A stretch of 58,597 nucleotides of DNA, counting the filler, from Diploschistes diacapsis (lineage: Eukaryota), in the NCBI GenBank assembly GCA_023645945.1. It is 4 parts of 4 records of this genome, joined end to end, with 100 filler letters (N's around TTAATTAATTAA, not from the genome) between each part and the next. Parts side by side here need not be neighbours in the genome. Positions count along the whole stretch, not along the records: positions 1 to 14,588 come from JALAIB010000597.1; 3 more parts are not named here. The stretch is one strand, 5' to 3'. Both the position numbers and the translations under genes were made by a program. Under the pieces are notes generated by a model. The model searched no databases. It had not been told where the DNA came from and saw only the letters and a list, made by a program, of their open reading frames with translations. Of this stretch, positions 1-12,118 are shown one piece after another; position 1 is the stretch's first letter; every line of letters begins with the position of its first letter.

Positions 1-77
1 CCCCCCACCCTCCTTGCTCCCGTCTTCCTCCAACAACCATTTCGCAGCCCCAAAGATTAAAGAGAAACACCACTCAC

Positions 78-559
78 CGCTCAATAGCCCAGCTCATGGC
101 CAAGTACGCCGCCGCAAACGGCGGGATCACGTACAGAATCTGCCCGCGCGCCCGCCGCCAGGTGTTGAAGATGGCCGCGTGTGCGACGCCCGCCAGCGGT
201 TTGTGTCGGTTGTGCGCGAGCCCGTAGTGGATTATGCCGCGTTGGGTCGGGGAGCCTGGTTCGCCGCGGATGGGGCGTGGGTTAGAGATGGGATTTTTGG
301 TAGGTGGAGAGAAGGGGAAGAGAGGAGAGGAAGGGAGGGGGTGTGGTACCGAGGTTACCCCAGGGCCCGAGGAAGCTGGGAGCTGTTAGCTGGAGGGTTC
401 CGATGAAATAGAGGGGGGAAAAAGGGGATGGAATAAGATACGGGGTCGATTGAAGGGGGGTAGAGAGTTAAGGAATGGTGCTGGATTGTACTGGGACGAA
501 GGGGTCACCGTGGGGGATACCTACACTCCGTGCTTTGGGTCGGGGCCGCCGCCTACCAT
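78..559 (-). CDS. QCR8: Cytochrome b-c1 complex subunit 8; last exon lies beyond the contig start
   Basis: Manual splice of exons 559-525, 375-350 and 256-78 (donors GTAGGT, GTACCA, GTGAGT; CTAAC branch sites; CAG acceptors) gives MVGGGPDPKHGVFLGPWGNLGSPTQRGIIHYGLAHNRHKPLAGVAHAAIFNTWRRARGQILYVIPPFAAAYLAMSWAIER, typical of Qcr8. Not in the ORF track. Confidence 0.9.
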
Positions 560-850
560 TGCGAGATCTGTTGGTGCGCAGGTATTGATGAAGTAGTGTT
601 CAATGATGTAGCGTGCTTTTTCAGTCGGGTTGTTGTAGAAATGAAGACAAGAAGCGTCAAGCTTACGCTAAGATTACATATACGCTAAGCCCTTTTTGGT
701 ACCCCAATTTTCTCCTGCAAAGGTCATCACTTGCGGGATACCTACCTGGCTTTTCCACCAGCTTCCCACCAGAGATACCACCAGCCTCGAATCAACACGC
801 AATTCCCTACCCAAACCTCTTTGCGTCTCTAACACGGGAGCTCTACCAGA

Positions 851-1798
851 ATGGCCAACCTCCTCAACCGCATGTACACCTTGGCTATACCCACAGCAAT
901 CGGCTTCTCCGTTGCGAATGCTGCCATGTACGACGTGAAGGGAGGGACAAGAGCGGTCATCTTCGACAGGCTACAAGGAGTCAAAGAAGCGGTGGTGAAC
1001 GAGGGAACACACTTTGTGGTACCATGGCTGCAGAAACCGATTGTTTTCGACGTGCGTACGAAGCCGAGGAACATTAGCACCACGACGGGGAGCAAGGATT
1101 TGCAGATGGTCAGCCTGACGCTGAGGGTGCTGCATCGGCCGGAGGTCAAGATGCTGCCGAAGATCTACCAAGTATGAAACTCCGCTTCCGAATTCTGCAG
1201 ACGACGCACTCGTTGTGCCGCCTACCACTTGCGCGGTCGCTGCCAATCGCTATCTTTCGCCTTTGCTAACTTCCATCAGTCCCTCGGCCTCGACTACGAC
1301 GAGCGCGTCCTCCCCTCCATCGGCAACGAAGTCCTCAAAGCAATCGTCGCCCAGTTCGACGCCGCCGAGCTCATCACCCAGCGAGAAGCCGTCTCGCAGC
1401 GCATCCGCACGGACCTCGTCCGGCGCGCCTCCGAGTTCAACATCGCCCTCGAAGACGTCTCCATCACGCATATGACTTTCGGAAAAGAGTTCACGCGGGC
1501 CGTCGAGCAGAAGCAGATCGCCCAGCAGGATGCAGAGCGGGCGCGGTTCATTGTCGAGAAGGCGGAGCAGGAGAGACAGGCGAATGTCATTAGGGCAGAG
1601 GGAGAGGCTGAGAGTGCGGACATCATTAGCAAGGCGGTTGCCAAGTCGGGAGATGGCTTGGTCCTGATCAGGAGGATCGAGGCAAGTAGGGATATCGCGC
1701 AGACGTTGGCATCCAATCCGAACGTTACGTATATTCCAGGAGGCGAGGGCGGAAAGGAGGGGAAAGGCGCGAATATGTTGTTGGGCCTGAGGTCGTGA
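851..1798 (+). CDS. PHB1: Prohibitin 1 (SPFH/band 7), mitochondrial inner membrane
   Basis: Exons 851-1171 and 1280-1798, intron GTATGA...GCTAAC...CAG. Motifs [71 protein letters not shown]. Confidence 0.97.
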
Positions 1799-2092
1799 AG
1801 ATAGGCTAGCCGGAGGGAATTCTATGGGCAATTTGTAATCATCTCGAGGGCTTTAAGCAGCGAGCGTTTAGTGTATCATAGCAATCGATTCTCAGCTTCG
1901 GTAGTTTGCGTTACTAACGGGGCTACATCCAGCTCTGCAGGATTCCGCGCGCATGACGATCGTACTACAGTCAATACACAAAGTAGATACAGCTTTCCTG
2001 CGTTCAAAGTGTTTCCTAAAGCTACCAAAATATCTCCCGTTGCGCCCAGCTTTCCTCATATCCCATAGGGCTACTAGCGCCGTCAGAGCTTC

Positions 2093-2105
2093 AGCCCTAG
2101 GGTTT
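2093..2105. promoter_or_regulatory. Possible Tbf1/telobox-like site (AGCCCTAGGGTTT) upstream of NHP2
   Basis: Palindromic CCCTAGGG core reading AAACCCTA on the minus strand, about 160 bp upstream of the NHP2 ATG and followed by a poly(A) tract near 2153-2162. Short motif that could occur by chance. Confidence 0.25.
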
Positions 2106-2261
2106 TCCCGATCCCAGAGCTTGCGGCGCGCAGCTTCCCGCTTTAGAGTAGGAAAAAAAAAAGGGTCCGCCGCAGAGAGTGCAACGAGCTCGGTCCCAAC
2201 TCATTTTTCCCAACCCATTCATTTCTTCGCCCAGGCTGAAGGTTTCCTAATCCACAACAAG

Positions 2262-3078
2262 ATGGCCAAAGACAAGTCGGAAAAGAAGGACAAAAGGGAG
2301 AAGAAAGAGAAGAAAGAAAAGTTGGCGGAGAAGAACGGGGTGTCCAAGTCGTCCAAGAAAGAAAAGAAGGAGAAGAGGCTCGTGGTCCCGGAGGAAAGAG
2401 CCGAGGCGATCCTCCAGAACATCGAAAACAGGAACGAGAATGCCGCGATCAAGCCGCAGCTCGCCGATGAAAGTAGTGGCGACGTGAAGGTGGATGCCGA
2501 GGTGGGCGCCGGAGAGGAGGCGGAGAAGATGGTGCTGGACATCAAGCCGAAGGGGGCGCTGGTGCCGTTTGCGAACCCCCTGGCGGACGAAAAGGTGGCG
2601 AAGAAGGTCTTTAAAGGGGTCAAGAAAGGTGGGTTCTGCTGCTCATTCCCTGCGGAAGGTGCTACAACACGGGCTAACGTACCGATGTGGTTTTCTAGCG
2701 GCCAAAGCTAAAGCGTTAAAGCGCGGCGTGAAGGAAGTCGTCAAGTCCCTGCGCAAATCCGCGCTCGCGACTACGTCTTCCGCATCCGAGACGCCCTTGG
2801 GGGTCGTTGTGATTGCGGCCGATATTTCGCCTATGGACGTCATATCGCATTTGCCTGTGCTGTGCGAGGACCATGGGGTTCCATACGTTTATGTTACGTC
2901 GAGGGCAGAGTTGGGAGCGGCAGGCAGCACAAAAAGACCGACTAGCGTTGTTATGGTGGGAAGGGAAAAGGGCAAGGGAGCAAAGAAAGAGGGAGAGGAG
3001 GAAAAAGAGGACTGGGGAGAGGTTTACGGCGATTTGGTGAAGGTTGTCAAGAAAGCGGGGAGGGATGTGAGGATTTAA
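2262..3078 (+). CDS. NHP2: H/ACA snoRNP subunit Nhp2 (L7Ae family) with Lys-rich N-terminal extension
   Basis: ATG 2262 (MAKDKSEKKDK...), intron 2629-2698 (GTGGGT...GCTAAC...TAG). L7Ae motifs LKRGVKEVVKSLRK, VVIAADISPMDVISHLPVLCEDHGVPYVYVTSRAELGAAGSTKRPTSVV. Confidence 0.93.
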
Positions 3079-5161
3079 GTGTGAACCCAAAAGTTGGAGG
3101 TCGTTGTACAAAATAAGAGGACATTGTGGGAGCTTGAAGGGGTTCTTCGGAAGATGGAGAAGGCTGTAAGGGCTTGGAAAGCATTGCTGTGCTGCCCGCT
3201 TGTGCTCAAAGTGAGCTGAGTAGGAACTTACGACACCTGGATTATGGTGAACATGAGTCGTTTCAGCGTCCCAGCGCCAAAGCCTTACTCCGGGAATTGC
3301 GCGTGCGGCGGTCGCTTGTCTTGTTGAGTTAACTACGATTGATTGTTGGAGGTCATAGGACCAATTGGCTTTGTTCGAGATGCCAAGCTGCTTATTGATG
3401 ATAGCAACTGCGACATTAGCAACACCAGGTCAAGAAACCAACCGAAACATTTGGGAACCACGTGATGAGAAGAGAAAAGATATACCATGGGAGGGATTGA
3501 ATGATGCTGTCAGCTTTTAGAATCAATGGAAGGCTTCATGATACTATGGCGGTTAAATTTTCTTGGAATATTAGAGCCCCCGAAGTACTTCTAGGTTCAT
3601 CTCGTTAATTTGCATATCTGTTTCAGGTTTTGTAGTTCTTTCATTTATCAAGTGCTGACTGCCGCTATGGTTTCCTTTTGTCAAGCTCATACTGGATCTA
3701 CTCTACATCTCATACTTGTCTTATCCCAATGCTTCACTTGCTGCATTTACCGAAGTCCTTTCCTCTCAGCTTTCTCTCAATATGTTATGCTCTCCACCAC
3801 ATCTTTCTTTACTTGAGGCTCGAGTGGGCTTTGTTCTCTACATGGGCTAGGGAAGTGGAGCGTCATGCATGACGCCTCACATTCCAAACAGCATTTATGG
3901 AAGGGATACTGTCAGTACAATCCTCAATAACATCAGAATAAAGGATGACCTGGATGGTACAGAGCAGGTGGAAACTGTGACCCCTGGGAATAGTATCGCC
4001 GATATAGTCTGGACGGAGCTTCAGAACAACAAAGCTGTGACTAAACTTCGACCTCCACCAGGAAGCAAGCTGCGGCATGCAACATTTGACCGGCTCTTTT
4101 TGTCTATAGAATAAGGTCAAACAAGCACGCCACATGGCGAAAGCCGGCCACCTGGTGTGGTAATAAGAAAAGAGGGAAAAGCATGAGGTTGCCTTTGCCC
4201 TGACATCTACTGAATAGTATTTGAGCTTCAACTCGACACCTCACAGGTGCGCCATATCAGGTCAGCAACAAATCTGACAGACTTCACCAAGCCGGTCCTC
4301 GACGAGTAGTTCCTATTGCAACCAAAGCGCTTGGGATTGTTCGGCCTGCTTGATGCCCGGACTTAGCCAAACTGATTCATTGATTGAGCAGGGCGAACTT
4401 ACACCTTACAATCATGCAGGAAAATCCGGAGTGCTTCTGTGTGTTACTCCGCATATCTCCAATGCACTTGGAGGCGCTCCAAGCTCTCATTGTGAGTTTC
4501 AGCGGCCGCCTTCGCATTAGACAAAAAAGAAGGAGAGGAAGGAAACAGAATGTTGGAATGAATATATGGTTTTGAATCAGAGCCACCTTCGAGATGCATG
4601 TCCACAGTGCTCCAAATGGTTGCGTGTTTGCGACCCCGAACAACTGATACGTGAACATTGAGCCCCCAAAAGCCATTGCTGTGAGTATAATGGTTCAACA
4701 GCAACCTCGAGGCCGACGTCGAGCAGAGTCCTCTTTCTCCACGCTTCGTCAAGGGCAGTAAGGATGATAGAAGATGCCTTACGCTGGGGGGCCTGCGTAA
4801 GACATGTAGTGAGCTCTCTTTCGAGCCGCGCATGCGGAAGCAAAAGAGTATCTGCAGCTGATGTGGTCCAGCAGCCGACGAAGAGAAGAACAGGCGCTTC
4901 TTCGATACGATGTGGGACCTACTCCGGTCGATAATACAAAGCCGGCAGAGTTGAAGAAACGTCACTTTCACAGGTGGCAGAGAGAGTGGTGTGAAATCTA
5001 GCTTTTCTCTCATCTAGCAGACTCGGTTAAGTAGCATTGCCACAAGCAACCTTGGGACTCGATCTTGCAAGCTTAAACAGAGTTATCATTCAACTTTCCC
5101 ATCTTGATTTTTTCGCAAAAGTAAGAAGCGCCGCCTATCCTTGTTCCCTTTGTTAAGACAC

Positions 5162-6057
5162 CTAGGCTTGCTGGTCACTTCCCAACGCATCGTACGGTGT
5201 CTCATTGTTCAACTTGCTTTGAGCCGGGCCCGCTCCTCCTGCAACAGAGGCGTTCTGATTTTGGAACCCCCGAACTGCCTGCCGCCCCGGATCTTTATCG
5301 CTTCCAATGTCAAATTCATTGTTCTGTGCCTCCCCTTCAAACCCGCCTTCAGTCAGGTTCTTCCCCTTCGGCTTCTGGGCTCCACCAATCAAGCTGTTCA
5401 TAGTGGTAAGATCTTCTTGCGGTGTGCTTGAAGAACCCCCCGTCATCGTGGCCGCCGTGTTTGCGGTTTCTTCAAGCCCTCCACTCCCACCTGTACCACC
5501 AGAGGATCCGCCATCCGTGCTGCCGGAGAATGCTCCCCCTGTGTTGCCCGAGGATGCTTCACCTGTGCTGCCAGATGGCCCGCTAGAAGATCCGCCCGAG
5601 GTTGCACCAGAGTATCCACTAGCGTTCGTCGCGCCCGGAGCTTTACCCTGTCCGCCAACGCCTTCGGCATACTTCAGTCCTCCAATACCGCGGGCGTCAG
5701 CGGCCTCGCTCCACGCGCTCTTGGCTTCGCGTTCAGCTGCGTCAGGTGCGGGGTCGAGCTTGGTAGCAGCAGAGGTGTCGGTCGTGTTGAGGGTTGATTT
5801 GGAGCCCTCAACGCCAGAGGGTGTGGAATTTGGGTTTTGGGCGAAGGCGCCGCCGGAGCGAACGGATTCAGCAGCCAAGGAGTCAGATGCGATGGGGCCG
5901 GAGGATTCTGGGTTGGGCTCTGCGGCACGTGGATCTGTTGTGTTCTATGAGAAAGTTTTAGCTAGGTTATGAAGTTGATTAGGGTGGCGAGAAAAGAGGC
6001 TTAAATTACTTTCGTGCCCTCGTTGGTCGAGCCGATTGGGGTACCCTGCATCTCCAT
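5162..6057 (-). CDS. Gly/Ser/Thr/Ala-rich hydrophilic fungal hypothetical protein (hydrophilin/stress-protein-like)
   Basis: ATG 6057, exon 1 MEMQGTPIGSTNEGTK, intron 6009-5945 (GTAATT...TAG), then continues into track ORF 5162..5878 (SDSLAAESVRSGGAF...KPKGKNLTEGGF...IGSDKDPGRQA). Low complexity, essentially no hydrophobic segment. Confidence 0.75.
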
Positions 6058-6396
6058 ATTGAGGAGATGGAAGTTATCGAAAACGGTTGCTTATATGAAG
6101 TAGAGGTTATAGTGAAACTTGGATTCGAACCTTTGATATATATGTCAAAGACTTCAATGACTACCAGAAGCCAGATGTTTCTTCACTTTCGAGATCTTAA
6201 ACAACTTCTTTAGATCCAGCATGACGTAAACTACAGATATCCGCCCCTCATTGTGCGCCACGGAGTTGTCTCCGGTAAGAGTGGGGTAGCAGTTAGGATA
6301 CATGTAACTTTTTACTTTCAGTCACTTTTCCACCATAGACGATTGATTGATTTGCCAGACTATGTAGCCTCCCATTCTCAGTCCTCTGCTGTAGTC

Positions 6397-6730
6397 CTAT
6401 CTTGCGGCAGCATCCTTTGGTGGTCCGCTCAATCCCTCTGTGCCTTGCCTTCCGATCTTGGGGTCGACCTCGTCGGTAGTGGCTGGCTCACGCAGGCCAC
6501 TTTCGCTGGCCGCCCCGGTGCTTATATCATCCTGTCGACTGCCACTCGAGACATTGACGGTTCTGGAGTCTGCCGAGTTCCAGTCCGAAGCGACTGGGGG
6601 ATCTTCAGGGAGTGGCAGGTTGGCTTGACGCTCCTGGACGATATCGGCCGTGGACTTTTTCTAGAGCATGTATTAGCCGGCGCGAAGCCTAATGACTTAG
6701 CACTCTTACATCGCTGGCGTCTGATGACAT
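6397..6730 (-). CDS. Small (94 aa) hydrophilic fungal hypothetical protein
   Basis: Exon 6730-6710 (MSSDASD), 49-nt intron GTAAGA...GCTAAT...TAG (6709-6661), exon 6660-6397: KKSTADIVQERQANLPLPEDPPVASDWNSADSRTVNVSSGSRQDDISTGAASESGLREPATTDEVDPKIGRQGTEGLSGPPKDAAAR*. Missed by the ORF track. Confidence 0.75.
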
Positions 6731-7623
6731 CCTGAGGTCTCGAAATTGGCTTGAAATGTGTTTGTAGATGGTTTGATGGTGGATATTAAACCAAGCGGGC
6801 CAGGACGTGCGTTGTTGAATGTTTCCTGTCGGAAGCAAAAAAGGCTCAAATGGAGAGATGTCAAACTCGGCCATATATGACGACGTCTTAGCGAGCAAAT
6901 TTGGGGAGCTCTTGCATCATTGACTCGGGATGCCTACGCTCTCTACGATTTCTCCAAATTGCGCATTCCCCAGCACCTATTGCTAATATTTAGGATCTAT
7001 TTACTTACTATATCTCTCGGATTTAAAAGCATTCAATAGATAAATGACGACACAAGTATTTCCCCATTAATAAGGATTTTGAGTTTAGTAATTATATAAA
7101 TCGCCTATTTACGGACGCGAGGAATAGTTTTGATAGATAAACCTGGAACTCGAACCCGTAATTACTTAAAATACTCTTCAAGTCGCCAACCCAAAGGCGC
7201 TTAGCACAACTAGTTAGAGCTGATTGGTCCAAGGAACTGATGCAAGAGAACGTCATCTACTAAGTATTAATAAACTAAATCTTTGGTCGGTCTGGAAGGC
7301 AACTTTGTGGACTATTGATTCGGACTGCAGGTCGATTGGAGTCTAGCAAGCTCGGTATCATGGACTGAAAAGGAGTTCGAGATCAAGCAAACCCTAGAAA
7401 CCGGGAGAGATTTGCGGGTCAGTCCGGTAAAGAGAGCAACGCCAAAATCTCGAAGATGCCATGAAATACATTCATAATATGTACATTGAAGGAACAGTTC
7501 TGTGCTTGGGTTTTAGGAGATAGCAGAGAACTTCGATCTTTGCACCTCCTGACCCATTGCGCTTTGTTATGTTTGCGCTTGCGCGAGGTTCCAATCTGGC
7601 TAGGAACCCAAAGTGCTGTTGAC

Positions 7624-8032
7624 TTAACGGCCTCGCTATTCAGATGTCAGCTTAGACGAGCTACCAAGTAGCTGCAGAGCTTACGCCGCCCCTCTCATCC
7701 TGCAGTCCCATCCCTCGATCTTTCCTTCCGGATTTCGCTTCCGCTTCTTTGGCGGTTGTGGTTGACGTCTGAGCCGTTGCCTGGCTGTGCTTGTGGCCTC
7801 CATCATGGGAATCATCTTCCTCCTTAGCCCGTTGGCCCGAGTTTGACGCCGCAGCAAATATGTCCTGCTCATGGTTCTGATTCGTCACATGCTCTTCAGC
7901 TGGCTTCCCATCCCAATCCTTCGTCGCTTCAGCGCTGAATGGGCTGAAAGTACGGAAGTAACGTGTGCCCCGGCTAGACGCCGTGAAGGCCTTTGCTAAC
8001 GAAGCGCTACTCTGGAGACGTAATAGGGCCAT
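7624..8032 (-). CDS. Small hydrophilic protein with probable mitochondrial presequence
   Basis: Track ORF 7661..8032 plus intron 7684-7636 (GTAAGC...GCTGAC...TAG) gives C-terminus GMGLQDERGGRGR*. The N-terminal ~33 aa are Arg/Ser/Ala/Leu-rich with no acidic residues; the rest is highly charged. Confidence 0.7.
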
Positions 8033-8677
8033 GATAAGACGAATTAAGCTTCAGGAGAAAGTAATAGTGAAGTAGTCAAAGTAGAGTGATAAGCTAGCTG
8101 AATTCAATGGTGCTGTGAAGCGGACAATCGAGTGGCATCTGTATTCTTATACAGGTGATGTCCAACTGCCGTAAAAGGATTAATTACCACACATGACATC
8201 AACATAGGACATAGGACTTTTACCCCGGAGTTAATTTATCCTTCTCCGCTCCCGTAGTATATGTTAGAGATTGTATACGACTGGCTAAAAACAAAATTCC
8301 AAGCCTAGAACACCCTCGGATATGAATAACAACCCAAAGTTTCTTTTTACTTAGTCTATCGCTTTCATTCCATGTGTAGTATGTATTGTACTTTAACGAC
8401 TCAAAAATTAGAATGCAAATGGTGTGATCTTCTCGTATGGCAGTATATGAGGTGAATCCATATGAGCTTTTCTACTTATCTGAACTTTGCTGTTTCCTTC
8501 ATCTCGTCAGTTGCTAAGTTACCCGCTCCTCCTAATCCTCTACCCTCCTTCTCGTAGCTTTGACTTTTGCTTCCAGCTAGCTTGGACTCTACCGAGATGA
8601 CTCCCTGCCTAAGTTGTTGAACTGGACCCGTTCTGCTGTTCTCTCTGCTAGTCGAGAACCAGAGACCAATCCCCACG

Positions 8678-10478
8678 ATGCGCAAAGCACGCCTTTCTTT
8701 CGAATCCATCCCAGAGTGGGCCGAAGCTCACGGCGTGAAACTCAACGGTGTGACTATATCAAAGTCTGAGAGCGGCTATGGCTGGGGTGTTGTCGCCACT
8801 GCTGTCAGCACGGAGCCAAGGCATCAATTCATTATTGTCCCTCCTGAGCTTATCATCAATGTTGAACTCATATGGCGATGTTCGGAAACAGATCCACACC
8901 TCAGAGAGATCCTCGAGGCGAATGGTGACTTCGCTAAGGTACACTATTCATCGAGTCTGGTCCCCTGAATGGTCTAACCAGAGATGTGGCTAGACCCCGA
9001 GAGGAGCTATCCTGATTTTCCTTCTTATGCAGATTACCCATTCATCTCCGGATATGGCCGAGGCTGTTGGGTGCGAAACAGCGTTCTCTGGTTACATAAA
9101 GTTTGTGTCGAGCGATCACAGCCTCCCAATCTTCTGGAATGACCAAGAACGGCAATACTTGTGGGGGACGTCTCTCGAAAAGCACGTCGCGGCAAAACTA
9201 TCCTCGCTGGAGAAAGAGTATGCTGCCTTCTGTGAAGCAAGCAAAGACGTATCTTGGAGCAGAGAATGGTTCGGGGGATCAGGGTGCCTCTCTATGCATG
9301 ATTGGAAAGTTGTCGATGGCATGTACCGATCACGTGCAATGGACTTCGAAGCGTATGGCCTGTGCTTGGTACCCATGATAGATATGGCGAACCATGCCAT
9401 GCCGTACGCCGTTAATGCTATGTACTGGATCGAAGGCGACAACAAGGAAGCGTGCTTGTACCTAGATGGGTGGGAATACGTTGAAGAAGGGGACGAGATC
9501 ACGATTATATATGGGTTGCACAAGGGCGCGTCAGAAATGCTATTTTCTTATGGATTCATTGATGATGGCGTTGAAGATGCGGGTGCGATGATGATCGGAT
9601 GGGAGCCACCGGAGGATGACGAGTTGCGAGATGCAAAGATGGAGGCGCTTAACCTCGAGCCTGGCTTCAAGCTGTACGTTCAGAACCGCAAGCTTGGCAT
9701 CGTTAAGTTTGCGGGATCCTGCGTCTGGGCAATGTCGGTCAACGAAGAGGATGGTCTCCGGATCAGAGCAGCGCAAGGCGAAGAAGGACGAGCAAATCTT
9801 AGTGTATACTTCAAGGAGAAGGAAGTAGGCGACAAGTATGAACTAGAGATTCTCCTAAGAAGGGATCGAATGTCAGAGATTTTCCAACTGAGAGCCTACA
9901 GCTACGTCCAAGCACGCGTGAAGGAGGAGCTCCAACTACGCCAACGCATGGGAGAAACTGAACGGAGAGACAAGACTCCAGAAGAGATTCTTGTTTCAGA
10001 CACCTCGCAGCGGTGGGAGATCTGCGAAAGACTCAGATATCTCGAGATGCAGCTTCTGGAACGTGCCAACGAACAATTTCAAAGCACCATTGCATGGTTG
10101 ATGAGTAGACAGGACGTCAACGACTACTTGGCGGGGATCTCGCCGAGACCGAGACCGGCGGCGCATCGATGGGAAGAATACCCGGACGGGCATGCGGAGG
10201 ACAGAAGAGAGGCGAAGGAGGCCAAAAGCATGGAATTGAATGTCGAGCTACAGTCGTGGGACCCGACAAAAGATGGCTCCTGGGGGGGCGAGAACGACGA
10301 AGATATCCAAGAAGCAGGCCTGGCTCTGGGTGGCGATCCGTATCAAAGAGGAGGAGAGTCCTTCAATCAGTCGGAAACAGACCGACTTCACGACATCACT
10401 GACGATGAGTGGCTCAGCCTCGCAAGGCGGATGCCTTTGGATCAAGCGAGCGAAGATGATGAAGAAATTGAAGACTAG
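8678..10478 (+). CDS. SET-domain protein lysine methyltransferase (Rkm/Efm1/SETD3-like, non-histone type)
   Basis: Exons 8678-8938 and 8994-10478 (intron GTACAC...CTAAC...TAG, junction FAK/TPRGAILIFLLMQ). SET motifs GWGVVA, YRSRA, LVPMIDMANH, EITIIYG...EMLFSYGF; acidic tail. Confidence 0.88.
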
Positions 10479-10869
10479 GGGAGCGATGATTACACTTTTT
10501 TTTGTTGGAATTATACTGCGTGAGCGCAGTTTGGAATTGTTAGACAATACTTTTACAACATATAGTAGCAATTTTTGATTCAAGCCAGCCTGTGAAGGAG
10601 TAGGGAGTGCAGTAGAACACTTGCAAGCTATCGCCATGCACAGTCTGCGGGATGAACATGTAAAACCTGACCCAAGACTCATTCGACCCTTCCTCGGCCC
10701 AAGACATCTTGGGCCGACGGACTACTACTACGGCCAGGTCTCCTGAGTCCATCATATCGAGATTCCGCCGCAGAGAGAGATACACGCACCAGCCCGCCAA
10801 ACCAGCACGGCAATCTCACCTCGTTCAGCTACAACGCAACGAGACCCTCCCATAGCAGCCAGCGAGCGA

Positions 10870-11250
10870 TCCCCCCCCATCGCCGGCCTTCCAGCCCGGC
10901 ATCGGGCCGCCCTACAAGGCCATGTCGGAAGAAAGCATTCGCCCAGCTCATCCAGGACGAAGTCGCCAGAGTAAGGCGCGGCGGGTACGATCCGAGCTTG
11001 CACCTCGTGAACCCCAACGATCCTGCGCCGCTGTCAGACTTCAAGGAAGCCTTGGCGAGGAAGGACGGGGATGCGGTGTCGATTGGGTTCGCGGTCAGGG
11101 GGCGAGCCGAGGTTTACGGAGTGCTTCGAGGATATGGTGAATGCGTGCGTTGCGCTGCAGAGGGGCCGCCCAAGATGGTTTTTGTCACGGCGCCGGATGG
11201 GGGATTCTAGAGGCGGTGGAGAGGGGGTTTCTGGGAGCGTGGTTTGAGGG
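10870..11250 (+). pseudogene. Frameshifted small fungal hypothetical gene
   Basis: Pieces in different frames join into one protein-like sequence: AFAQLIQDEVARVRRGGYDPSLHLVNPND...VSIGFAVRGRAE / FTECFEDMVNACV / PPKMVFVTAPDG / ILEAVERGF. This needs about 4 single-base frameshifts. Confidence 0.5.
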
Positions 11251-12118
11251 TTTTGGCTTGGTCGCGCTGGGGGAAAAAGGGGTATGGTTGATGGGAATAA
11301 TGTCTAGTAGATTGGCCTGGAGGTGCTGTTCTTTGTTAGCTAGCTTGCTGTGCAATTCATGATTTCGGTGATGGGAGTTACTAGAGGAGAGGATGGTGGA
11401 AGGAGTGGCGTATGACCTATCTTTCATCGATTGCTTGTGAAGTCAACATGTTTTCTGGTTCTTGACAGTCGTGAAGAAAACAATACGGCCATACCACTGC
11501 CTCTGCGCTACTGTGTATATATAGCTGAGGCCCTCCCAAGCTTCTAATATCCATCCTGCATCCAGTCCATCTGCCCTATTCCTTTCTTATACACACAGGG
11601 TACCAGCAAAGAATCGTGCAGCTCATCATCAATAAATAGACCATATACCTTGACCCCTACCCCGTATTGAGCAGTGAAGCTCATTCTCAAGGACAGTGTA
11701 TTTGAGAGCTAGCTATCGGCAGTTGATGGCTGAATGTCTCATTCTCTGCATCATGAAAAATCGGGTGTGTGCCGATACCGGAGCAAGCAGAGGTTCGACT
11801 TACCGAATTAGGAAATTTGGGGGTCACCGAGAAGTCTGGTACTGAGGCTGTTATAGGGCTATTTGTACAACAATACGTGATAGCCACTCCAAAGACTCGA
11901 CATTTCATCAACAGGACAGTTCTGAGTGAACTGTCTTCGAACATGTGCCATAAAACAAGTTCCCAAAGCGCGTGCTCCATCCTGGTCTTCATGCTTTTTT
12001 GCAGCCTATCATTACATTTGTATCCCTGCTCCAAGCGTTGATCGCTAGGCACTTGCACCTGTAACTCTTTGTATTCTGACTTGAGACTCTGCCGATCCCC
12101 CATCCCCAATATTCAGCC

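Noticed and set aside
14..406. 130-aa plus-strand ORF
   Set aside because: Antisense shadow of the spliced QCR8 gene.
1953..2261. Long N-terminal extension of NHP2 in track ORF 1953..2711
   Set aside because: Runs through promoter-like sequence with a poly(A) tract; ATG 2262 gives the typical Lys-rich start.
3560..5020. Short ORFs that may be decayed coding sequence
   Set aside because: No recognisable motif or consistent exon structure; cannot support a call.
5307..5972. 221-aa Pro-rich plus-strand ORF
   Set aside because: Antisense shadow of the Gly/Ser-rich minus-strand gene, which has proper splice signals.
6960..7290. AT-rich patch between the small hydrophilic genes
   Set aside because: Possibly a small RIP relic, but no termini or coding motif could be identified.
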